Origin: an uncultured Clostridia bacterium
GTDB lineage: Bacteria; Bacillota; Clostridia; TANB77; CAG-508
NCBI GenBank assembly: GCA_944388695.1
Contig: CALXJT010000001.1
Location: forward strand, 4,570 to 68,569
DNA length: 64,000 bases
Direction of reading: 5' to 3'
The notes beneath the pieces were generated by a model. The model saw only the letters and a list, made by a program, of their open reading frames with translations, did no database searches and was not told the origin of the DNA. Shown piece after piece: positions 18,758 through 29,900 of this stretch. The translations under genes were made by a program, and so were the position numbers. Position 1 is the first letter of the stretch. Every line of letters begins with the position of its first letter.

Positions 18758-20846
18758 GTTATCAATAAGGAATATGAAAAAGAGTTTTAAAGATTATGCG
18801 ATATATTTTTTAACATTAGTATTAGGTGTGGCAATCTTTTATATGTTTAACTCTTTAGATACTCAACAAGCTATGCTTGAAGTATCAGAATCAACGAGAG
18901 AAATGATACAATTAATGGTACAAATGATTGGAATGATTTCGGTTTTTATTGCAATTGTGCTTGGATTTTTAATTGTATATGCAAATAACTTTTTAATAAA
19001 TAGAAGAAAAAGAGAATTTGGTATATATATGACATTAGGTATGGGAAGAAGGCAAATATCTAGTATCATATTAATAGAAACAATATTAGTAGGTATTTTA
19101 TCTTTAGTTGTAGGTATTTTTATGGGTGTATTTGCATCACAGTTTATGTCTGTATTAGTTGCCAAATTATTCGAAGCGGATATGAGTGAATTTACTTTTG
19201 TATTTTCAAAAGATGCTTGTATAAAAACTTGTATATATTTTACAGTAATGTATCTAGCAGTTATTATATTTAATACATTAACAATTTCAAGATATAAACT
19301 AATTAATCTATTAACAGCTGTAAGAAAAAATGAAAAAGTAAAAATGAAGAATCCTATAATTTCAATATTTATATTTTTAGCATCAAGTATATTATTAGGA
19401 TATGCATACTATTTAGTGACAGGTGGAGTACATGAATTACGAACGGGTGATAAGTTGTTAAAACCAATTTTGATGGGAATAGTAGGCACAGTGGGAATAT
19501 TCTGGTCTTTATCAGGGTTTATATTAAGAATTATACAAACTAGAAAAAATATTTACTTAAAAGGAACAAATATGTTTGTATTAAGACAACTTAATAATAA
19601 AATTAATACAAATATTGCAAGTATGAGTATAATTTGTTTGATGTTATTTATGACGATTAGTGCATTATCTAGTAGCTTATCAATACAGTCAGCATTAGAT
19701 TCTCAATTAGAAGAATTTACACCAGTAGATGTAAATTTATATAAACCAGCATATCTACCAGAAAGCTATGTAAATTCATATACTAAAGAAACAATTTATT
19801 ATACTGAAGAACATAAAGAAGATTCGAGAAAGCCAGTAAGTTACACGCTTGAAACAAATGGTTATGATATGAATAATTTGAAGGATATTGTAGAAATTTC
19901 TATCTATGCAATACCAGAATGGACTTTGGCATATAGTTTAGGAGATTATTATGAACCTACAAAAAGTCAGTATCCAATGCTTGCTTATGAAATGTCAGAA
20001 TCTATAATAAGAGTATCAGACTATAATAAGATTGCAAAACTTTATGGTGAAGAACAATATACATTAAATGATGATGAATACATTGTACTTTGTAATTACG
20101 AACAAATGTCAGATATAAGAAATCAAACACTAGAAACAGCAAATTCAAATATAGAGATAAATGGAAAAACATATCATTCAAAATATAATGGATGTAAAGA
20201 TGGTTTTGTATTTATGGCAACAACTGAAATAAATGCAGGAATTATATTAGTACCTGATAATTTTGAATTAAAAGATGAATGGATGGAACAATACCTTCTA
20301 GTAGCAAATTATAATGCAGAAACAGAAGAAGGTAAACAAGAAATAGAAAATATACTAATTGGTAGTAGTGATACAGAATTTTTTGAAAACATTAAAGAAA
20401 AGGGCATAAATCTTGATGGGATTTCTAAAATTAGTATAACAGAATCTAGTAAGGGATTAACTACAATTATTATATTTATTGCGATTTATTTAGGTGTTGT
20501 ATTTTTAATTGCAAGTTCAGCAATTTTAGCATTAAAACAACTTACAGAAAGTTCTGATAATAAGCAAAGGTATGCAATATTAAGGAAAATTGGTTGCGAT
20601 GAAAAAATGATAAACCAAGCTTTGTTTAGACAAATATTAATATTCTTTATGATGCCTTTACTATTGGCTATGATACATTCTATATTTGGTATTAAATTTA
20701 TATTGTCAATGTTAGAAGTATTAGCATCTCCAGATGAATTATTACCTTCAATTATAGTAACAGCAGTAATTATTGGAGTAGTTTATGGAGTATATTTCCT
20801 AGCAACATACTTTGGAAGTAAGAACATAATTAAAGAAGAGGAATAA
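18747..20846 (+). CDS. FtsX-family ABC permease, BceB-like with 10 TM helices and a large extracellular loop.
   Basis: 699 aa overlapping the ATPase gene. Hydrophobic blocks flank a 220-aa loop, consistent with BceB-type architecture. Confidence 0.8.
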   Translation: MLFKLSIRNMKKSFKDYAIYFLTLVLGVAIFYMFNSLDTQQAMLEVSESTREMIQLMVQMIGMISVFIAIVLGFLIVYANNFLINRRKREFGIYMTLGMGRRQISSIILIETILVGILSLVVGIFMGVFASQFMSVLVAKLFEADMSEFTFVFSKDACIKTCIYFTVMYLAVIIFNTLTISRYKLINLLTAVRKNEKVKMKNPIISIFIFLASSILLGYAYYLVTGGVHELRTGDKLLKPILMGIVGTVGIFWSLSGFILRIIQTRKNIYLKGTNMFVLRQLNNKINTNIASMSIICLMLFMTISALSSSLSIQSALDSQLEEFTPVDVNLYKPAYLPESYVNSYTKETIYYTEEHKEDSRKPVSYTLETNGYDMNNLKDIVEISIYAIPEWTLAYSLGDYYEPTKSQYPMLAYEMSESIIRVSDYNKIAKLYGEEQYTLNDDEYIVLCNYEQMSDIRNQTLETANSNIEINGKTYHSKYNGCKDGFVFMATTEINAGIILVPDNFELKDEWMEQYLLVANYNAETEEGKQEIENILIGSSDTEFFENIKEKGINLDGISKISITESSKGLTTIIIFIAIYLGVVFLIASSAILALKQLTESSDNKQRYAILRKIGCDEKMINQALFRQILIFFMMPLLLAMIHSIFGIKFILSMLEVLASPDELLPSIIVTAVIIGVVYGVYFLATYFGSKNIIKEEE

Positions 20847-20914
20847 GATATATGTCTAAAATTATAGATTTTACTGGAAACATAAAAATGATAGTGGAAT
20901 AGGAGGAGTTTTAA

Positions 20915-21268
20915 ATGGAAAATTTTAAAGAAAAATTACCGATAATTATTGCAGTAATTATTATGATTGTTTTAGTAGTTGGAGCATATTACTTTTTAGT
21001 AGTACATAAAGACCAATATTACACTCAAATAGATAATACTAAAATAGAAGAAGTATCTAGTACAGATGATATGAGGTATCAATATACATTAACTGCATAT
21101 AACAAAAAGGGAAAAGAAAAAGAAGTTCAATTTAAAACTAGTAGGGAATTAAGAGAAGGAGCTTATTTAGAATTAGATGTAATGCAATTGAGAGGAGTTA
21201 TAAATTGGAGAGAAGTACAAATGGATGAATTACCAGATGATGTTAAAACAGTAATGAATATCGAATAA
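20915..21268 (+). CDS. YxeA-family (DUF1093) small secreted or membrane-anchored protein.
   Basis: N-terminal TM segment, YYTQIDNTK...YQYTLTAYNKKGKEKEVQF...GAYLELD pattern of the YxeA family, and the typical position after a Bce-type transporter. Confidence 0.65.
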   Translation: MENFKEKLPIIIAVIIMIVLVVGAYYFLVVHKDQYYTQIDNTKIEEVSSTDDMRYQYTLTAYNKKGKEKEVQFKTSRELREGAYLELDVMQLRGVINWREVQMDELPDDVKTVMNIE

Positions 21269-21550
21269 TTGTGAAGATAGAAATGTAAAAAGAGATTAAC
21301 TGCAGATTGTGACAGTTAGCATGAAAATATCCCCTTATGTTAAAAATACTCTATATAATTATATAGAGTATTTTTTGTATAAAAAATTTTTTGAGTTATT
21401 TCCACTATAAAAAAATTTGGTTTTATGATATTCTTTTGTAAAGAAGTTTGGATTTTATTATAGTAAAGGATTTGAATTTTATTGATAATAAAAGTTGTTT
21501 ATGATATTATTATGTAATAAAAAAAGATTTAATAAAGATGGGGGAGTTTA

Positions 21551-21745
21551 ATGGATAGATTAGCGAGATTTGAAAAGGCTCTTGAAGATATTCTTAATGA
21601 ATATGACAAGTTAGGAAAAGAATTAGAAGAGTTAAGAAATGAAGGAAAATCAAAAGCAACGAAGTTTAGAGAATTATTAGGAAAGAAATTAGTTTATAGT
21701 ATGATAATTACAATATTTAAAAGATATGATTTGATAGAAAAATAA
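21551..21745 (+). CDS. Small hypothetical protein (64 aa).
   Basis: RBS GGGGGAG before ATG. Charged helical peptide with no motif. Confidence 0.3.
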   Translation: MDRLARFEKALEDILNEYDKLGKELEELRNEGKSKATKFRELLGKKLVYSMIITIFKRYDLIEK

Positions 21746-22010
21746 TGATATATATCTATTTCTTGAAATAAAAATATTATTTTTTAGGAGGATGATGAAG
21801 CCTTTATAAAAAATGTGGCAACGAAAACAATACATTTAAAAAAGCTTAATTAACTATTATTTAATTTATTTTATAAATTGTTATGCTAAAAAATGAGGAA
21901 GGGCAAAATTACTATAAATATTGCATTTGGAATAACAATTGAATGTACTATTACAAATTGATTATTAAATTATTAATCTAATAGAATATATAAAATGGGG
22001 GGGATTAATT

Positions 22011-23099
22011 ATGAAGAAAAAGATAATAATTTTAATATGTATAATTTTAATTATAGGAATTATAGCAAGTATAGCTATATATACATATTTAAGATATTCT
22101 GATAATAATGATATTGATACTGATAATTATAAAAATACAGAAGAACTATCAACAGTATTAACATTGGAAGATAAAATTCAAGATGATACAATATGGTGTG
22201 GTACATTTCAACTTTTATGGAATGATTTGAAAAATGATTTAGCCAAACAAGATATAGTCTTTTCGCCTCAATTAGAAGTTGTTGAAAATTTAAATAAAGA
22301 AACTTTTACTGTAGATGATTTATCAGAAAAATATTATTATAAAAAAATAGGAACACCTTCAATAGAATTAAAACAAGAAATTGAAAATGCAATAAAAGAT
22401 AAATTTAATGAAACAAGTGATATTTTAGATGATTTTGATTGGAATACAAAAAATCCTAAAGATTATTTCTTATATGTAATGTTAAAAAAAGAATTTCAAT
22501 TTGAAAAAGAATTTGAAGAATTGGATAATGGAAAATTTGGTAGCTATGATAATGTAAGTTTTTTCGGAATAAAAAGTGACAGTGAAGCGGAAGAATTAAG
22601 AAATCAAGTTGAAGTATTATATTATAATTCTAAAAATGATTTTGCAATAAAGTTAATAACCAAACAAGAAGATGAGGTAATACTTTGTAAAAATCCTAAA
22701 GGAAATACTTTTAATGAAATATTTAATAATATAAAAGAAAATGAAAGTAATTATGACGGATATAAAAACTTGATTGAAGGAGAATTGTTAAAAGTACCAA
22801 ATATAAAAATTAAAGAAAAAAATGAGTTTCCAGAGCTTTATAATAAATCTTTTTATTTTTCAAATGGTGATTCATATAGAATAGAAAAAGCAATACAGAC
22901 AATTCAATTTGAATTAGATAGAGTCGGAGGAAAGGTAAAGAGTGAATCAGGGATGATGGTTAGAAAGAATGCAATAATAGCTACTGATGAAATTAGAGAA
23001 TTTGCATTAGATGACGAATTTGCCATATTTTTAATAGAAAATGGAAAAGAAAATCCATATTTTGCTGGAAAGATAAGTGATATTACTAAATTTCAATAA
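22011..23099 (+). CDS. Hypothetical membrane-anchored or secreted protein.
   Basis: RBS GGGGGG before ATG. N-terminal hydrophobic anchor IIILICIILIIGIIASIAIY, then a 330-aa hydrophilic domain with no motif I recognise. Confidence 0.55.
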   Translation: MKKKIIILICIILIIGIIASIAIYTYLRYSDNNDIDTDNYKNTEELSTVLTLEDKIQDDTIWCGTFQLLWNDLKNDLAKQDIVFSPQLEVVENLNKETFTVDDLSEKYYYKKIGTPSIELKQEIENAIKDKFNETSDILDDFDWNTKNPKDYFLYVMLKKEFQFEKEFEELDNGKFGSYDNVSFFGIKSDSEAEELRNQVEVLYYNSKNDFAIKLITKQEDEVILCKNPKGNTFNEIFNNIKENESNYDGYKNLIEGELLKVPNIKIKEKNEFPELYNKSFYFSNGDSYRIEKAIQTIQFELDRVGGKVKSESGMMVRKNAIIATDEIREFALDDEFAIFLIENGKENPYFAGKISDITKFQ

Positions 23100-23338
23100 G
23101 AAACCTTATATTTTTAAGATATATTTAGAATTGAATATGCGGAATTTACAAGATTAAACTCAATGGGATTTGCAAGAAAATATATATGTAGCCATTTTTT
23201 TTAAAATAATTAGATATAAGAAAATTAGATATAAATATAAGAATTTAGATATAAATATGAAAAATTTAGATATAGTATTTGAAATATGTAGAGTTTTATG
23301 ATAAAATATCTCTATAAAAAATAGGAGGTTTCAATTAT

Positions 23339-23641
23339 ATGAAAGAAAAACCAGTAAAAGAACAGGAATGCAAAGAAACAAATTCCCAGAATGTGAAGGA
23401 AACATCTCTTCATGTTTATGAGCGGAAAGTTACAGTGATTCTGAAGAGTAAGAAGAAAGAAGATTTAAAATCAATTTTACAAGAATTATTAAGTATTTCT
23501 TGTGATAATGATGCAGATTTTCAAGAGTACTCTTTAAAGAATCCGGCGGAAGGCACTAATACAACTATAGTTTTAATTACTGGATATGAAGTAGAAAAGC
23601 TTCAGGATATCTATCTTAAAGTTGTAAACTTGAAGTTTTAA
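23339..23641 (+). CDS. Hypothetical 100-aa protein.
   Basis: RBS AGGAGG before ATG 23339. Preceded by a four-copy TTAGATATA direct-repeat array. Confidence 0.45.
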   Translation: MKEKPVKEQECKETNSQNVKETSLHVYERKVTVILKSKKKEDLKSILQELLSISCDNDADFQEYSLKNPAEGTNTTIVLITGYEVEKLQDIYLKVVNLKF

Positions 23642-23662
23642 TTTCAAAATTGAAACAAATCT

Positions 23663-23692
23663 AGGGGATGTATATCCCCTTAAAATTTTTTA
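23663..23692 (+). terminator. Intrinsic terminator.
   Basis: AGGGGAT-GTAT-ATCCCCT hairpin followed by TAAAATTTTTT. Confidence 0.7.
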
Positions 23693-23720
23693 ATTGTATC
23701 ATGAAAAGGAGTGTGATATT

Positions 23721-24849
23721 ATGATAGAATTAGAAGAAAATACTAGATTATTAAACGAGATGAACTATAATATAAAAGAATTAGGTGAGTCTCTTTGACA
23801 TAGATAATATTCAAAAAAAATTGAAAGAATTGGAAGAAGAAACTTCAAAACAAGAATTTTGGGAAAATGATGATAATGAACACAGAACAGAAGTTCTTTC
23901 GGAAATAAAGAAGATTAAAGGAAAGTGTACGGCTTTTCAAAAAGTTAAAAGTGAAATAAATAATTTATTAGAATTAACGGAATTAGTGAAATTAGAAGAA
24001 GATGAAGAGGTAGCAAGAGATATTATTAAAAACACTAAATCTCTAGAAAAAGAAGTAGAAAAACTAGAATTACAATCATTACTTTCTGGAAAATATGATT
24101 CTAATAATGCCATTATAACAATACATCCAGGTGCTGGTGGTACTGAATCACAAGATTGGGCGGAAATGTTATATCGTATGTATACTAGATGGGCAACAAA
24201 AAATAGTTATGAAGTAAAAGAACTTGACTATTTAGAAGGTGAGGAAGCAGGTTTAAAAAGCGTAACTTTTGAAGTTGTGAGAGAAAATGCATATGGATAC
24301 CTAAAATCCGAAATGGGTGTTCATAGATTAGTTAGGATTTCACCTTTTGATAGTGGGGGAAGGAGGCATACATCTTTTGCTTCTGTAGAAGTTCTACCAG
24401 AGATTACAGATGATGTGGAAATAAATATAAACCCAGATGATTTAAGAATAGACACATATAGAGCATCAGGTGCAGGAGGGCAACACATAAACAAAACATC
24501 CTCTGCAGTAAGAATAACACATATTCCAACAAATATTGTAGTTGCATGTCAATCAGAACGTTCTCAAATTCAAAATCGTGAAACTGCAATGAGAATGTTA
24601 AAATCACGATTACTAAATTTAAAAGAGCAGGAACAAAAAGAAAAAATAGAAGATTTAAAAGGAGAACAAAAAGACATTGCTTGGGGCAGTCAAATTCGTT
24701 CATATGTTTTTTGTCCATATACAATGGTTAAGGACCATAGAACTAATCATGAAGTAGGAAATGTTCAAGCAGTTATGGATGGAGACATAGATGAATTTAT
24801 AGATAGTTATTTGAAGAAATTTAGTAAATTAAATGGTAAAGGTGAATAA
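23721..24849 (+). CDS. prfB: Peptide chain release factor 2, with programmed +1 ribosomal frameshift.
   Basis: Frame 0 ATG 23721 ...GAG TCT CTT TGA C; the in-frame TGA is at 23796-23798. The +1 frame continues DIDNIQKK... to 24849. An SD-like AGGTGAG lies upstream of CTT TGA C. GGQ motif RASGAGGQHINKTSSAVR. Confidence 0.9.
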
Positions 24850-24986
24850 ATAATTGTATCTATTTTTCTCCTTATATATGATACATAAAAGTTCAAGGAA
24901 CGTCTTAAAAAAGTATTTCATACTATATATAGAGTCATCTTTAATTAAAAATGATTTTTTATATTATAAGCAAAGAAGGAGAAAAA

Positions 24987-25950
24987 ATGGATACAATTGT
25001 TTTAAAATTTGGTGGAAGTTCAGTTGCTGATAATGAAAAATTGAAAATTGTAGCCAATAAAATTATTCCTTTATATGATAAAGGACATAGAATTGTTGTA
25101 ATCTTATCTGCTCAAGGAAAAACCACAGATAAATTAATATCTGAAGCAAAAGAATTAACAAATGATGTAGAAAATAGAGAAATGGATGTATTACTTAGTG
25201 CAGGCGAACAGATGTCTACAGCAAAATTAAGTATATTGCTTAATAGTTTAGGATATAAAGCTATTTCTTTAACACGGTTGGCAAGCAGGAATTATTACTA
25301 ATAACACAAATCAGAATGCAACAATTGAAACCATTGATACCAAAAGAATTAATCAAGAATTAGAACAAGGTAAAATTGTTATTATTGCTGGATTTCAAGG
25401 AATAAATGAAAATCTTGATATTACCACATTTGGAAGAGGAGGTTCAGACACTTCAGCAGTAGCAGTTGCAGCAGCATTAAATGCAAAAAACTGTTATATA
25501 TTTTCTGACGTTGACGGAGTCTATACCGCAGACCCAAATAAAATAGAAGGTGCGAAAAAATTATCTGCATTATCTTATGAAGAAATGCAAGAAATATCAA
25601 ATGAAGGAGCAAAGGTATTACATCATCGTTCTGTTGAAATTGGAGAAAAATTTAAAATACCAATCATAACAAAATCAACTTTTAACAACAAAGCAGGAAC
25701 TGTAATTTCAGATATAATAGAAGAAAACACCATAAAAAGTGTAGTAAAAAAAGACATTTCTAGAATCTCTATAGTAGGAAACGGAATTATCAGAAACACT
25801 AAATTGATAAGTGAAATATTAAAAATTATAGAATATGAACATCTAGAATTATTAGAATTTCAAGTAACACCTAGTAAGGTTGTTATTTTACTAAAAAATA
25901 TTGTTGATGATAATATTTTAAATAAAATTCATGAAAAAGTAATTAATTAA
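24987..25950 (+). pseudogene. Aspartate kinase interrupted by a +1 frameshift near nt 25275. Either a pseudogene or a sequence error.
   Basis: N-terminal MDTIVLKFGGSSVADNEKL...ISLT is in one frame. Continuation GWQAGIITNNT...GFQGINENLDITTFGRGGSDTSAVAVAAALNA...ACT-like C-terminus is in the +1 frame. One extra C at about 25275 splits the LTGWQAGI motif. Confidence 0.7.
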
Positions 25951-25957
25951 AACTTTG

Positions 25958-26193
25958 GCGAACATTAGGGAACATTAGGGACACTCTTTTTTGTTCGGAT
26001 TTCCGAACATCAAAGAGGTCCTTTTTTATGCTTCACGAACATTGGGGACACTCATTTTTGTTCGGATTTGAATAGGATATTGGATAAACATGAGGGTTCT
26101 TTTTTGACTTAAATTTTCTCAAATTGGTCGAAATGCTTGAATTGTTTGTATTTGAATATTTGACGAATGTTTGGGGAATTCTTTTTTGAATAT
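25958..26193. repeat. Array of degenerate units GAACATT(A/G)GGGACACTC(T/A)TTTTTGTTCGGATTT(CCGAAC).
   Basis: Copies at 25971-26003, 26037-26069, 26090-26110 (partial) and 26163-26193. Internal hairpin TGTTCGGATTTCCGAACA. Confidence 0.6.
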
Positions 26194-26649
26194 CATAAAG
26201 CTTTTTATTTAGATTTTTGAGAAATATTGAGTATTAGGAGAAGGATATCAAATACAGTCCTTTTATTTAAATTCTATAGAAATATTATAATTTGAAAAAT
26301 TAAGAAAAATCTTTTCTCTTTTTTGAATTTTAAATCTTAAATTTCTTATTCAAATACTGAATCAATTTTAAAAAAAAATTTTTGTTCTAAAATAGACAAC
26401 CTTCGAATATATATAAATTAGTAAATATCTAAAAATACAAAATATATATTTAATAGATTAATTAGAGATATTGAAAACAAAAGAATTAATATGGTTTTCA
26501 CAAAAGATTTATCTCGTTTAGGTAGAAATTATATATTTAATAATATTTATTCACAAAATAGTTATCTTTAATTAATGAGAAAAAATTAATAAGAAAAAAA
26601 TGGCAAATGCAATCATTTAAATTAATTTATATGTATAGGAGGAGTTTTT

Positions 26650-26949
26650 ATGACTATAGATGAAAGAAAAAACACAAATACAAGTATTATACAAAATTTA
26701 ATATTAGAGAATAGGAATAAGTTAAGTATTTCTGGGGTAAATGATGTATTAAGTTTTGATGATCAAATTGTAATTGTAGATACAGAGTTAGGGTTATTAA
26801 CTGTAAAAGGAGAAAATTTAAGAATAAATAAATTAAGTATAGATACTTCTGAAGTCATAGTTGAAGGCGAAATATCTTCTTTATCTTATAGTGACAAAGA
26901 GCATGAACACGCAAAAAATGGAGGCTTTATTAGTAAAATTTTTAAATAG
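26650..26949 (+). CDS. yabP: Sporulation protein YabP.
   Basis: LILENRNKLSISGVNDVLSFDDQIVIVDTELGLLTVKGENLRINKL is a typical YabP sequence. RBS AGGAGG. Confidence 0.8.
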   Translation: MTIDERKNTNTSIIQNLILENRNKLSISGVNDVLSFDDQIVIVDTELGLLTVKGENLRINKLSIDTSEVIVEGEISSLSYSDKEHEHAKNGGFISKIFK

Positions 26950-26964
26950 AGAGGAACTTTTAAT

Positions 26965-27462
26965 ATGGTAACCAATCAAGCTTTATTATTTCTTATTTTT
27001 ATAATAAATGGAATAATAATAGGTTTAATCTTTGATTTTTTTAGAATTTTAAGAAAAAGCTTTAAAACTTATGATGGTATTACATATTTAGAAGATTTTT
27101 TATTTTGGATTATAACAGGTTTTATACTATTGTATTCCATATTTACCTTCAACAATGGAGAAATTCGCTTATATATGTTTTTAGCAGTAATAATAGGTGG
27201 AATTATATATATGATATTATTTAGTAATATTATAATAAAAACAAATGTAAAAATTATAAATATATTAAAAAGCTTAGTAAAAAAGATATTTTCCATATTG
27301 ATTTTTCCATTTAAGCAGATTTTAAAATTAGTAAAAAAAATAGATTTATTTAAAAATTTCAAATTACACTTAAAAAAATTATCAATTACTAATTTTCAAC
27401 AAATTTTTCGAAAAAATTCTGGAAAAAAGAAGGATTTTTCAGACAAAAGTAGAAATATATAA
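26965..27462 (+). CDS. yabQ: Spore cortex biosynthesis membrane protein YabQ.
   Basis: Small multi-TM protein immediately after yabP in the conserved order. Confidence 0.7.
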   Translation: MVTNQALLFLIFIINGIIIGLIFDFFRILRKSFKTYDGITYLEDFLFWIITGFILLYSIFTFNNGEIRLYMFLAVIIGGIIYMILFSNIIIKTNVKIINILKSLVKKIFSILIFPFKQILKLVKKIDLFKNFKLHLKKLSITNFQQIFRKNSGKKKDFSDKSRNI

Positions 27463-27494
27463 TTATAAATAAGTCAAATTGATATTTTAAGTTA

Positions 27495-27785
27495 TTGGAG
27501 AGATTACAGATGAAAAACAAGAAAAAACTAATTAGAAATATTATTGCTTTTTTAGCATTAATATATGTTATATATACTTTATTTAATCAGCAAAAAGTTC
27601 TAAATCAATATGCACAAAATAGTGAAGATTTAAATAGTCAAATTGAAGCAGAAAAAGAATATAAAGAAGAATTGGCTAAAAAGCAGTCAGATATAAATTC
27701 AGATGAATTCATAGAAAATACAGCAAGAGATAAATTAGATATGTATTTACCTAATGAAAAGGTATATATGGATACAGGTATGTAA
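27495..27785 (+). CDS. divIC: Septum formation initiator, DivIC/FtsB family.
   Basis: N-terminal TM (IIAFLALIYVIYTLF) followed by a coiled coil (LNSQIEAEKEYKEELAKK). Follows yabPQ as in Bacillus. Confidence 0.6.
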   Translation: MERLQMKNKKKLIRNIIAFLALIYVIYTLFNQQKVLNQYAQNSEDLNSQIEAEKEYKEELAKKQSDINSDEFIENTARDKLDMYLPNEKVYMDTGM

Positions 27786-28418
27786 AGCTTGTTTGTATGA
27801 TTTGAAGAAATTAGAGGAATTTATAAAAATTCCTTTATTTTTGCTATTTTGTTTAGATAATTTTATGAGTTATCAATTTTGATTGTGAATTTATTTTTTT
27901 CACTGTATAATTAAAATAAAAAAGGACCTGCGTTAAATTAATAATATAATTCTGTTATAATTAATTTTATGTCGAAATATAATATTTATATAGATATTTA
28001 TTTTTTCTTCAAATAATGTAATTAATCAGATTTTTTTTATTCAAGTAGATTTTTTATTGTTATTATAAAATATAAGATGAATTGAAAATATTATCAAGGA
28101 TAGATGGTAAAATATATAATATTTTACTGTTTTAATAGAGCTTTGTAGTAACAATAAATTTAATATAATTGATAATTAACTTATTCCAGAGGTGAAATTT
28201 ATTGTAAACTTAAAAAATTTATTGTAAAATAGTTACTTTTTTAGATAAATATGTTATAATATATCTATAAATTTGTTTAATCAATTTTTAGGTTTTATAT
28301 ATATTTAAGAGTTTGTTGATTTTTTAGTACATAGTTTTTTATACAATGACTTATTTCTTAATCAAATTCCAAACAAGGAAATACAAATAAAATATATATT
28401 AAATAGTAGGAGGTATTT

Positions 28419-29882
28419 ATGTCTGATTTAAATGATATGACACTTTTAGAATTAAAATCAATGGCAAAAAATTATAATATAAAAAATGTTTCAAAATTAA
28501 AAAAAGATGAGTTAATAGATATTTTATCACAAATATCTAAAAGTGAAGCAGAAATTTTAAAAAATGAAAATAGTGAAAGTCAAGATTATATTAATAATCA
28601 AGAAATTTCTCAAAATTTAGGAACTAATAATGCAGAATACAAAACTAATAATTATGATATTGTAAATTATTCAAAAGGTGAAAATGATTTAGATGAAGTT
28701 AGATCACAAACTCATTATGATGAGAATGGAGAACCAGTAGTAGAATATAAATTAACAAACGAAGGTGACGAAATAGTAGAAGGAATATTAGATATTTTAC
28801 CAGATGGTTATGGATTTTTAAGAGGTGAAAATTTCTTGTCTACACCAAAAGATGTATATGTTTCTGTTGTTCAAATAAGAAGATTTAGACTAGAAACTGG
28901 AGATATGGTAAAAGGAATCTCACGTTATCGTGAAGGAGAAAAATTCCCATCTTTAATATTTGTTGGAGAAGTAAATAATGAGCATCCAGAAAAAGCAATG
29001 AAAAGAAAAAGTTTTGATGAACTTATACCTATATTTCCAAATGAAAAATTAAAATTAGAAACTGTACCAAATGAATATGCAATGAGAATAATAGATTTAA
29101 TCTCACCTATTGGAAAAGGTCAAAGAGGAATGATTGTAGCACAACCAAAGGTAGGTAAAACAACATTATTAAAAAAAGTTGCTAATAGTATAGTAACAAA
29201 TAATCCAGATGTTGAATTGATAGTATTATTAATAGATGAGCGACCAGAAGAAGTAACAGATATGAAAAGGTCAATAAAAGGACAGGTAATACATTCGACA
29301 TTTGATGAATTACCAGAGCACCATGTAAAAGTTGCAGAGATGGTATTAGAACATGCAAAAAGATTAGTAGAACATGGTAGAGATGTTGTTATATTATTAG
29401 ATAGTATCACAAGACTTACACGTGCATATAACCTTGTAATTCCATCTTCAGGAAGAACATTATCAGGAGGTATAGACCCTGCGGCATTACATAAACCTAA
29501 AAAATTCTTTGGAGCAGCTAGAAATATAGAGTTTGGAGGAAGTTTAACAATACTTGCAACAGCTTTAGTTGATACTGGAAGTAGAATGGATGATGTAATA
29601 TTTGAGGAATTTAAAGGTACAGGTAATATGGAAGTACATCTTGATAGAAAATTATCAGAAAGAAGAATATTCCCAGCGATTGACATCAATAAATCTGGAA
29701 CTAGAAGAGAAGATTTATTATTAACTCCAAAAGAAAAAGAAACAGTCTTTGCTTTAAGAAAAGCTATGAATAGCATGCCTGTATCTGATGTTACAGAGCA
29801 AGTTATTTCTTTGATGACTCAAACAAAAAATAATGACGAATTTATAGATAAAATAGATTCATTTATTGAAAAATTTAAGTAA
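28419..29882 (+). CDS. rho: Transcription termination factor Rho with an N-terminal insertion.
   Basis: N-terminal [30 protein letters not shown]; Walker [20 protein letters not shown]- and Q-loops. About 70-aa hydrophilic insertion after the N-terminal helix bundle. Confidence 0.9.
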   Translation: MSDLNDMTLLELKSMAKNYNIKNVSKLKKDELIDILSQISKSEAEILKNENSESQDYINNQEISQNLGTNNAEYKTNNYDIVNYSKGENDLDEVRSQTHYDENGEPVVEYKLTNEGDEIVEGILDILPDGYGFLRGENFLSTPKDVYVSVVQIRRFRLETGDMVKGISRYREGEKFPSLIFVGEVNNEHPEKAMKRKSFDELIPIFPNEKLKLETVPNEYAMRIIDLISPIGKGQRGMIVAQPKVGKTTLLKKVANSIVTNNPDVELIVLLIDERPEEVTDMKRSIKGQVIHSTFDELPEHHVKVAEMVLEHAKRLVEHGRDVVILLDSITRLTRAYNLVIPSSGRTLSGGIDPAALHKPKKFFGAARNIEFGGSLTILATALVDTGSRMDDVIFEEFKGTGNMEVHLDRKLSERRIFPAIDINKSGTRREDLLLTPKEKETVFALRKAMNSMPVSDVTEQVISLMTQTKNNDEFIDKIDSFIEKFK

Positions 29883-29900
29883 TATTATAAAATTTATTAA

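Noticed and set aside
22011-23099. Considered serpin identity because of a DIVFSP segment.
   Set aside because: Only a 6-residue coincidence. The protein is too short for a serpin, the downstream sequence shows no further serpin-like similarity, and a serpin hinge / reactive-centre loop could not be checked by eye.
24850-24986. Lysine riboswitch (L-box) upstream of aspartokinase.
   Set aside because: The leader is only about 135 nt and lacks the conserved GAGGCGC / GGTGC elements. It looks like a plain promoter and RBS.
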